Translations under genes and position numbers: made by a program
In this document: piece after piece, positions 8,091 to 15,126 of the stretch
Layout of the letters: the number at the start of each line of letters is the position of its first letter
How positions within the stretch are numbered: position 1 is the stretch's first letter
From: Longimicrobiales bacterium
GTDB taxonomy: Bacteria; Gemmatimonadota; Gemmatimonadetes; Longimicrobiales; Gaopeijiaceae
Direction of reading: 5' to 3'
DNA: 35,307 bases
Assembly (NCBI GenBank): GCA_029941275.1
Contig: JAPYQK010000001.1
Location: 19,205 to 54,511 of the forward strand
Notes under the pieces: generated by a model
What the model saw: the letters and a program-made list of their open reading frames with translations, nothing else
Databases searched by the model: none
Told to the model about the DNA's origin: nothing

Positions 8091-9058
8091 CTCGCCCCGG
8101 TCAACTCCTCGCTCACCCTGCGAAGCTGGGCACGAGCGTCCACGTCGTACGCCTGGTCGTTCGCACGAGACGGCCGCAGGCCATTGAAGTAACCACCACT
8201 CCCGATATCGGTCGACGTGACCAGCTGCAGTACGGCCTCCGCACCCTCGCCGACGGTCGCGCGCGGTGTGAGCCCCGCCCTCCGCACCATCGCCGTGTCC
8301 ATGTAGGTAGCGGGGTGCAGCGCGTTCACGATCACACCGGTCCCCTCCAACTCCTCAGCCAAATCGATCGTGAACAGAATCTGAGCGAGTTTGCTCTGGG
8401 CGTAGGCACGCCCCCCGCTGAAGTTGTTCTCGATCATGACGTCGTCGAAGTCGATCGGCTGCTGGGCGCCCGACGACACGTTGACGATACGGGACGGAGC
8501 GTTCTCCACGATCAGCGGTAAGAACATCCGCGTCAGGAGGAAGTGCGAGAGGTGATTTACTTGGAAGCGGAGCTCGTGCCCATCCTTCGAGACCATCCGC
8601 TCGTCAGGTGCCCTTCCAAAGCCAGCGTTGTTGACGAGCACATCGAGCCGGTCGTAGTCACGCAGGACGGCCTCACCGAATGCCCTGACTTGGTCGAAAG
8701 ACCCGAGATCCGCCTGGTAGAAGCGGGCGTTGCCGACGCCTTCGCTCCGGATCGCCTGGACGACCTCCATCCCGCGCTCGCGGTTCCGGCCGTGTACGAT
8801 GACGAAGTAGCCCATTGCACCGAGTCTGCTCGCGACCTCACGCCCCAGTCCGCCCGTCGAGCCCGTGACGAGCGCGACCTGCTGTCCGGGTCGGGGGGTC
8901 TCCTGCGCTTCGACGGTCGGTGCGATCACAACTGTCGCCAGGAGGAGGCCACCCAAGAGCGTTGCAAATCGCCTAGTGCCTGATGAGAAGAACGTTCCTT
9001 CGTTTGTGAGAATCCCGCCGGCCCGCCACTCCAGTTCTTGGCTCTTGCTCAGGTTCAT
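8087..9058 (-). CDS. classical short-chain dehydrogenase/reductase (SDR) with N-terminal Tat-like signal or membrane anchor
   Basis: Start set at ATG 9058, with AAGGAG 8-9 nt upstream. TGSTGGLG (TGxxxGxG), NNAG and YAQSK (YxxxK) motifs. N-terminus GTRRFATLLGGLLLATVVIAPTVEAQE. The ORF-track extension 9059-9277 has no SD and an Arg-rich composition. Confidence 0.85.
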   Translation of the reverse strand: MNLSKSQELEWRAGGILTNEGTFFSSGTRRFATLLGGLLLATVVIAPTVEAQETPRPGQQVALVTGSTGGLGREVASRLGAMGYFVIVHGRNRERGMEVVQAIRSEGVGNARFYQADLGSFDQVRAFGEAVLRDYDRLDVLVNNAGFGRAPDERMVSKDGHELRFQVNHLSHFLLTRMFLPLIVENAPSRIVNVSSGAQQPIDFDDVMIENNFSGGRAYAQSKLAQILFTIDLAEELEGTGVIVNALHPATYMDTAMVRRAGLTPRATVGEGAEAVLQLVTSTDIGSGGYFNGLRPSRANDQAYDVDARAQLRRVSEELTGAR

Positions 9059-9282
9059 TTGTCGATTTCTCCTTGCGTCCCCAGTCTTGGTGGAGCTTAG
9101 GGATACGATTTTCGACCGGTTCTGTCCACGCAGGAGGCCCCCCGGGCGTGACACGCTCACCGAACAATGTGCTCTCATTCTCGTTGCCGGCTCCTCAATA
9201 TCGCTAAACCCCCACGCGACTCGCGAGCAGGGCGTCGGACGTTTCATTCGCCAGCGTGGCCGCCTCCGGCCCATCACCCCGT

Positions 9283-10023
9283 CTAAGGATACAAAGCCCT
9301 AAACGTGCCCTCATCGGCCTCGGAGAACGGCGAAGCCCGCTCAATGTCGTCCCAGTCCTGCAGTTGTTCACGAAAGCGCATAAAGTAGTCGACGAAGTCG
9401 CCCCCAAACTGGAACGAGTACATGATGTCCGCGAACGCACTCGTATGGGGAAGCCCGAACGCATGGCCTAGCTCGTGGACACATGTCAAATAAACGACCG
9501 TATCTCTGAAGAGCGGATCTAGCCTAGCTCTCTGGGCGATGTCCGGCCCGAGAGATTCGGTATCGGGGTGTACGAACACGTCGGCAGCGAGCCGCCCATT
9601 TACCACTCTCCCCCGCATCTCGCCGTAGAGACCACCACCGGCCTCCACCCAATAGACACGAATGGTCGCGGACTCTTCAGGGCCCGGCACCATGTCTACG
9701 GGGGGATTCGTCTGGCGGCCCCAAGCCTGTAGCGCCCATTCGGCCAGCGTGCGGTCTTCCGCTTTGAACCCCGATCGGGGAGAGCCCTCCGAAATGAAGT
9801 ACGTGATCGGCTGGGAACGGTCCAACCGCCAGACCTCCTGCTGCCCATTTGAAATAACGGACGGAGCGACGGCGGGAGCTGTTCCTCCGGTGGCGGCAGG
9901 ACGTGCTCGGCTGGCCACAGAAGAGGCTGGATCCGCCGCTAGAGCGGCAACTGCCGCAACACAAACGGCGAGGAGGATGCCGCCAGGAATCATCTTTGAG
10001 GAGATCGTCATGAGGGAGAACAC
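9283..10023 (-). CDS. secreted metzincin (matrixin/M10-like) zinc metalloprotease
   Basis: 246-aa ORF. VHELGHAFGLPH (HExxHxxGxxH) is followed by the Met-turn candidate ADIMYS. Signal peptide GGILLAVCVAAVAALAA. The start is ambiguous: GTG 10023, ATG 10011 or ATG 9993. Confidence 0.8.
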   Translation of the reverse strand: MFSLMTISSKMIPGGILLAVCVAAVAALAADPASSVASRARPAATGGTAPAVAPSVISNGQQEVWRLDRSQPITYFISEGSPRSGFKAEDRTLAEWALQAWGRQTNPPVDMVPGPEESATIRVYWVEAGGGLYGEMRGRVVNGRLAADVFVHPDTESLGPDIAQRARLDPLFRDTVVYLTCVHELGHAFGLPHTSAFADIMYSFQFGGDFVDYFMRFREQLQDWDDIERASPFSEADEGTFRALYP

Positions 10024-10024
10024 C

Positions 10025-11062
10025 CTAGTGGGGAGGGGGCTGCGTGTCCTCCAGCGCCTCTTCCGCCTCCGATTCGATCGAACCTAACCGGATCCCGAGC
10101 TTAGACGCGTAGTAGAGCCCGAGCAGGGTGACCGGGACGAATCCAGCTATGTGGTACCCAATCGCCAAAGAAAGCGTGGGCTCCGCAGCGACACCGAAGA
10201 CATCCTGCACGCTCACAGCCACTCCAGCCTGCAGGGTCCCGATGAATCCCGGGGCAGCTGGAATGGCCACGAACATCGAGACCGCGCATTGGGTGAAGAT
10301 CGCAGCGGTAACCCCCAAGTCGATATCGAAGGCCCTGAAGCCGACCCAGAACGAAGCGGCCATCCAGATCCAAACGGCCAGTGACCAGAGAAGCGCCTGG
10401 AGCATTGCCACCGGTCGACGTAGTAGATCCAGCCCCGACAAGAATGATTCCAGCTGCGTTGTCAGACCATCCTGAACATGACCGGGGAGTATCCGAGCGA
10501 ACCACCGGACGAAGCTCGTCACACGAGCCGGCCAACGGATGATCAAGGAAAGGGACACCAGCGCTACGACAGAAAAGATGATCGCCCCTGACACCGCATA
10601 CTCGATGGAACGGCCAAGCACTGTAGCGTCGTCGGGGAAGGCGGGCGAGAGAAGTGCCACGATTAGGAGCAGCAGCAGAGCGATGGCATCCAAGACACGC
10701 TCTAGCACGATGGTGCCGAGCGCACTGGACATTGAGACGGGGCTCATCCGGCTCAGCGCATAGGGGCGAACAATCTCGCCCAGACGAGCGGGGTACACGT
10801 TCGTCACCATAAAGCCGATGTTGAGCGACGTCCATCGTGTATAGAGGGACGTCTCAACACCAACCGGTCCCAGGAGAAGATTCCATCGGAGTGCTCGGAT
10901 CAAACCGCCCGCGGTCGAGATCGCACCGGCAGCCAGTAGCCAACCGAAGTTCGCCGAAGCCAGGCGACTCCCGATGACACCCAGGTCTTCGCCCCGGAAC
11001 GTCCACCACAGAAAGAACGCTGATACGGCCAAGCCTAGACCGATTTTCCAATCGAGTTTCAT
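10025..11062 (-). CDS. UPF0104 / lysylphosphatidylglycerol-synthase-TM-region (flippase-like) integral membrane protein
   Basis: 345-aa polytopic ORF. The N-terminus MKLDWKIGLGLAVSAFFLWWTFRGEDL...GGLIRALRWNLLL is typical of the LPG_synthase_TM family. There is no C-terminal aminoacyl-transferase domain. The stop TAG 10025-10027 sits 1 nt before the protease GTG. Confidence 0.75.
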   Translation of the reverse strand: MKLDWKIGLGLAVSAFFLWWTFRGEDLGVIGSRLASANFGWLLAAGAISTAGGLIRALRWNLLLGPVGVETSLYTRWTSLNIGFMVTNVYPARLGEIVRPYALSRMSPVSMSSALGTIVLERVLDAIALLLLLIVALLSPAFPDDATVLGRSIEYAVSGAIIFSVVALVSLSLIIRWPARVTSFVRWFARILPGHVQDGLTTQLESFLSGLDLLRRPVAMLQALLWSLAVWIWMAASFWVGFRAFDIDLGVTAAIFTQCAVSMFVAIPAAPGFIGTLQAGVAVSVQDVFGVAAEPTLSLAIGYHIAGFVPVTLLGLYYASKLGIRLGSIESEAEEALEDTQPPPH

Positions 11063-11193
11063 CCGAGCGGACTCTCCAGAAATTCTATCCGGTTTCCAAA
11101 AGGATCGACGGTGTAGAGGCGACGTGACCCAGGAAACGACTCTCGAGGAGGGACGGCTTCACTCCTTCCGAACCAGTCGGTTGTGCGAAGTAA
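11059..11193 (-). pseudogene. C-terminal relic of a glyoxalase/VOC-family gene
   Basis: Only about 45 codons lie between the Nudix stop and TGA 11059-11061. They end ...GSRRLYTVDPFGNRIEFLESPLG, the typical last strands of a VOC domain (DP-x-GN-x-IE). The stop overlaps the downstream ATG 11062 as ATGA. No start codon and no room for the first ~80 residues. Confidence 0.35.
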
Positions 11194-11194
11194 C

Positions 11195-11662
11195 CTAAGT
11201 TGATTGGACGGAGTCACCACAATCGATCGGAAACTCAGGGTACTCACCTCGGAGAATCGCTGGAAGCAGATCCCCCAGCCAACGGGGCGAGAAGAGGGCA
11301 GTCGATGCAAGAATTTCGTCCAGACTCCACCATCGATGGCCAACGACGTGCCGGTCTTGATCCATAGGGGCCGGCTCCGCACCCTCCGCGCCCGGGGCGA
11401 CAAAGAAGCGCTCGTACTGATCGATGCGTTTGCGACGCCATTCAAACATGTGGCGTCGAGTCCATACACACGGACCCAGCGCGAGGGAGAATCCTGTCTC
11501 TTCGAAGAGCTCCCTCCGTGCGGCCGCCTCAAAGCTCTCACCGCCTTCGAGACCCCCGCCCGGCGTCATCCAGAACCGTCGGTCCGTGATCGGGTCCGCC
11601 GCCTTGAGAAGAAAGAGCCGGTTTTCGTTGCTGATGACGAGCACCCGCGCGACGGATCTCAA
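11195..11662 (-). CDS. Nudix hydrolase
   Basis: 155-aa ORF. Nudix box GGGLEGGESFEAAARRELFEETG (GX5EX7REUXEEXGU). The C-terminal tail WWSLDEI...FSPRWLGDLLPAILRG is as seen in many actinobacterial-type Nudix proteins. Confidence 0.88.
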   Translation of the reverse strand: MRSVARVLVISNENRLFLLKAADPITDRRFWMTPGGGLEGGESFEAAARRELFEETGFSLALGPCVWTRRHMFEWRRKRIDQYERFFVAPGAEGAEPAPMDQDRHVVGHRWWSLDEILASTALFSPRWLGDLLPAILRGEYPEFPIDCGDSVQST

Positions 11663-11782
11663 GCCACCCAGCTCAAGACCTTTTAGTCGCCAGGCCTTCC
11701 TCGGCTCGACTTGGGGAGTCCGCAGGTTCAGGGGCTTCCCCGTTTTGCACGGCCACTGTCGGCCTCACCAACTCCAGCCGTG

Positions 11783-12561
11783 TCACGAACCCATGGCCTT
11801 CTCGACCAGAACATTGGCGCCTCTCCGATTTTTCCATCTAGCCGTCGCCATCCCCAATACGAAAAGCAGTGGTACCGAGTTTTCCGGCGTAAGATCAGCG
11901 TCTCGGGCCCCACCCGTGCGCTTCCGCACCATGAGCGTGGACAGAACTATGCTGACTTCGTAGAGGAGAATCAGGGGGCCAAAAAGAAGCAGCGTAACGG
12001 GGCCGAAATCGCCCGGACTCAAAACAGCCGCGAGGATCGTGATAACCACGAATGCATGCCGACGCTTCGCGCGGAGGAACGCCGGACTCACGAGCCCGAG
12101 TGACGTAAGGATGACCACAACCACCGGCAACTCGAATGTAATCCCAAAAGCCAAGAGTATCTGCAAGTGACCGACGAGCAGGATTGAATCACTGCAAGGA
12201 AGGGTAATCCCGTGGGCATGCAGCAAATCGCCGTAAATGTGGTCACGAGCAAAGCGGCGGCAGAGAGTTCCTCGACGCCGGCGCCGATCTCCGCTATCGT
12301 GGGCCCCGCTACCGCGAGTATCAGCACGCCTGCTGCGGCCAGCATCCCCGTTCGACGCCACATCATTGGCTGTTGAACGGGCGGTCGTCGGTTGCAGGCC
12401 GACCCGCGCGACCCGTCCCATCGCCGCCAGTCTGACTCAAGATGTACCGGCTACGGAGCAGGAGAGCGGTACGGCAATTCACGGATGAGTTGCGTGTCGA
12501 CGTACGGGTTCAGACGGCGGGGGACCGCTGAGGCCACCGTCAGGCGCCCGCCTCGAGACAT
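11783..12561 (-). pseudogene. tatC: twin-arginine translocase subunit TatC, multiply frameshifted with an in-frame stop
   Basis: The C-terminal half (frame of ORF 11783-12421) carries the TatC signatures AFGITFELPVVVVILTSLGLVSPAFLRAKRRHAFVV and LSPGDFGPVTLLLFGPLILLYEVSI. The middle TM-like segments (GMLAAAGVLILAVAGP, FTAICCMPTGLPFL) are in another frame (ORF 12088-12366). The N-terminal MSRGG...TQLIREL from ATG 12561 is split from RTALLLRS by a 1-nt shift. TAG at 12451-12453. Confidence 0.6.
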
Positions 12562-12778
12562 GCGGCCGCCGCCGCGTGCAGTGCGAACGCCGCTCCCAGA
12601 GGCGTGGCGGAAGAAAAGCCTACCATCTAAGATCAGACTTGAACCGATGAGGCCTTGCGGTCCCGCCGCCCGGGTAGACGCCCCGTAGAGCGCCCGGCCG
12701 ACGACGCATTTGGACCGCTGTACGCAGGCCTCGTAAGGACCGATCAAACGCGCGACACATTCCAAAGGGGACCGCATC

Positions 12779-14959
12779 ATGAAGACTCGGAGAGTGGGGC
12801 TGCTGGCCACCGCCACGTTGCTGACCGGTGCGGTCGCTTGGGTCACCCCACTGGCTGGTCAGGCTCCCCAGCGAGATGAGATCGCCGGCGTCGTGATGAG
12901 CGGCAGCGGGCCGGAAGAAGGGGTATGGGTCATCGCCGAGACGGACGATCTGGCCACACGCTTCGTAAAGACGGTGGTCACCGGGGACGGCGGGCGCTTC
13001 CTGATTCCAGAGCTCCCCGAAGCCAACTACAGGGTCTGGGTCCGCGGATACGGCCTCGTCGACTCGCCGAAGATCGGCGCGACACCAGGGACCGACATCG
13101 AGCTCCAGGCGACCGTTGCCGCTACCGAGGCCGAAGCCGCCCAGGTGTATCCGGCCAACTACTGGTACTCACTGATCGAGCCGCCTGATGCGAGCGAATT
13201 CCCCGGCACCGGGCCTGATGGCAACGGGATCTCCACGAACTTGCAGACGCAGGGCCAGTGGGTGGACATCCAGAAGCAGGGTTGCATGCTGTGCCACCAG
13301 CTCGGCACCCAGATCGTCCGCGAAATCGAGAACATCGACGAATTCGACTCGACGATCGCCGCCTGGGATTACCGGGTTCAGATGGGGCAGCGGGGCGGGC
13401 AGATGAGCAACGTCATGAACCGATTCGGCCGCGAACGGGGCCTTCAGATGTTCGCCGACTGGAGCGACCGGATCGCATCGGGTGCGCTTCCACCAAGGCC
13501 GCCCCGCCCCGCCGGCGTCGAGCGCAACGTCGTCACCACGATGTGGGAGTGGGGCACCGAGGTCGACTACATCCACGACGAGATCGCGTCCGACAAGCGC
13601 GACCCGACCGTGAACGCCAACGGACCGGTTTACGGCGTCAATATCTCGAACGACGAGCTCGCCATTCTCGACCCTGTGACGCACGTGGCGACCAACCTCG
13701 AGATCCCGTTGCGGGCCGACCCGGCGACCGTGCGGCCGATGATTGCGCGGTCGATGGCGGTGCCATCGCGGTTCTACGGAGACAGGCTTGTCTGGAACGA
13801 CCCGGCCAACCCGCATAACCCCATGATGGACCAAGAAGGGCGTGTCTGGATGACGTCGGGCATCCGGGGTCGGCAGAACCCCGCGTGGTGCCAGGAAGGG
13901 TCTACCAACAAGTACGCGAGCTACTACCCGATGGCGAGCAGTGGGCGGTCCGCGGTCTACTACGATCCGACGACCGAGGAGTTCGTCATGGTCGACACCT
14001 GTTTCGGCACACACCACCTGCAGTTCGCCGAGGATGATGACAACACGCTCTTTTTCAGCGGCGGCGGCCAGGTCGTCGGGTGGATCGACACCGACGTATT
14101 CGACGAAACAGGCGATGAGCAGTTCTCGCAGGGCTGGTGTCCTACCGTCATCGACACCAACGGCGACGGCAGGATCACAAAGCCATGGAACGAGCCTGGG
14201 AGTAGAGACGACGGGAACTTCGACCCGAGCCGGGACACGCGTATAGTCGCGGGCAGCTATGGCCTCGTGGCCGACCCCGAGGTGGGCACGGCGGTCTGGC
14301 TCTCCTCGGCGCAGTACCCGGGCAGGGTCGTGCGCTTGGACACCGGCGACAACCCGCCGGCGACCTGCATCACCGAAATGTATGAGGTGCCCTCAGTGCT
14401 CGACCCCAGCGTGCCCGAGGAGGACACCGGATTCGGCCCGCGCGGCATCGACATCGACCGCAACGGAGTGGTGTGGACTGCGCTGTCGGGCAGCAGCCAC
14501 TTCGCCTCGTTCGACCGTAAGAAGTGCGACGCGAACGGGCCGGAGATCCTCGACGGGCGGCACTGCGTCGAGGGATGGACGCTCTATCCGACACCGGGCC
14601 CGTCGATCCAGAACACGGATCCACCGCTGCGAGCCGACTACCATTACTACAACTGGGTGGACCAGCACAATACGCTGGGTCTGGGCAACAACATCCCCAT
14701 CGCCAACGGATCGAACTCCGATGCGTTACTGGCGCTCGACCCAGAAACGGGCGAGTGGGTCGTCCTGCGCGTGCCGTATCCGCGAGGATTCTTCAGCCGC
14801 GGGCTCGACGGTCGTATCGACGACCCGGACGGCGGGTGGAAGGGTCGCGGCGTGTGGGCGACCTACGGCGCGGCGGCCACGTGGCACATCGAGGGCGGCA
14901 GGGGAGTCAAACCTGGGATAATCAAGTTCCAGGTCCGGACTGACCCGCTGGCCAACTAG
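12779..14959 (+). CDS. secreted CarboxypepD_reg-domain + single CxxCH + beta-propeller-like protein, function unknown
   Basis: 726-aa ORF with AAGGGGA 8 nt upstream. Signal MKTRRVGLLATATLLTGAVAWVTPLAGQ. GVVMSGSG...GGRFLIPELPEANYRVWVRGYG is a CarboxypepD_reg domain. CMLCH at 13283-13297. Repeated blade-like segments follow (DQEGRVWMTS, GPRGIDIDRNGVVWTA, LLALDPETGEWVV), reminiscent of Vgb-lyase-type propellers. Confidence 0.75.
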   Translation: MKTRRVGLLATATLLTGAVAWVTPLAGQAPQRDEIAGVVMSGSGPEEGVWVIAETDDLATRFVKTVVTGDGGRFLIPELPEANYRVWVRGYGLVDSPKIGATPGTDIELQATVAATEAEAAQVYPANYWYSLIEPPDASEFPGTGPDGNGISTNLQTQGQWVDIQKQGCMLCHQLGTQIVREIENIDEFDSTIAAWDYRVQMGQRGGQMSNVMNRFGRERGLQMFADWSDRIASGALPPRPPRPAGVERNVVTTMWEWGTEVDYIHDEIASDKRDPTVNANGPVYGVNISNDELAILDPVTHVATNLEIPLRADPATVRPMIARSMAVPSRFYGDRLVWNDPANPHNPMMDQEGRVWMTSGIRGRQNPAWCQEGSTNKYASYYPMASSGRSAVYYDPTTEEFVMVDTCFGTHHLQFAEDDDNTLFFSGGGQVVGWIDTDVFDETGDEQFSQGWCPTVIDTNGDGRITKPWNEPGSRDDGNFDPSRDTRIVAGSYGLVADPEVGTAVWLSSAQYPGRVVRLDTGDNPPATCITEMYEVPSVLDPSVPEEDTGFGPRGIDIDRNGVVWTALSGSSHFASFDRKKCDANGPEILDGRHCVEGWTLYPTPGPSIQNTDPPLRADYHYYNWVDQHNTLGLGNNIPIANGSNSDALLALDPETGEWVVLRVPYPRGFFSRGLDGRIDDPDGGWKGRGVWATYGAAATWHIEGGRGVKPGIIKFQVRTDPLAN

Positions 14960-15126
14960 CGGCAACTGTTTCCAGCAACCGAAGACGCTGCCCGGTGGGA
15001 TGGCGCCCCGCAATCTTTGACGGTAGTGGGTCAGTCTCGTACCACAACCCCGCCCATCGCACATTTGACGCAACTGGCAGGAACTGGGTATTCTCCCCTA
15101 AGCCTGTCTCCGGAGGAGTAAACACG

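Noticed and set aside
9059-9277. 73-codon extension of the SDR ORF
   Set aside because: It has no SD, is Arg-rich, and ATG 9058 has a strong AAGGAG at optimal spacing followed by a signal-like segment.
10101-10835. 244-aa same-strand alternative-frame ORF
   Set aside because: It is nested out of frame in the UPF0104 membrane-protein gene. Only the hydrophobic polytopic frame makes biological sense.
11204-11686. 160-aa plus-strand ORF, and the upstream part (11195-11541) of the 160-aa minus-strand ORF 11059-11541
   Set aside because: Both overlap the Nudix gene, whose Nudix box and C-terminal tail are authentic. Only the last ~45 codons of the minus ORF, downstream of the Nudix stop, were kept as the VOC relic.
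12562-12720. Possible tatA/tatB remnant upstream of the tatC pseudogene (GLIGSSLILDGRLFF in one frame, RFKSDL in another)
   Set aside because: The resemblance is a few residues only, the order of the pieces is inconsistent with TatA (TM helix before the FK motif), and there is no start.
13169-14017. 282-aa minus-strand ORF, plus several 90-220-aa alternative-frame ORFs within 12925-14943
   Set aside because: All are nested in or antisense to the 726-aa gene, are Arg/Pro/Gly-rich, and have no family motifs.
14995-15126. 44-codon extension of the monooxygenase-like ORF
   Set aside because: GGAGGAG precedes ATG 15127 and a clean signal peptide starts there. The extension has no signal-like character.
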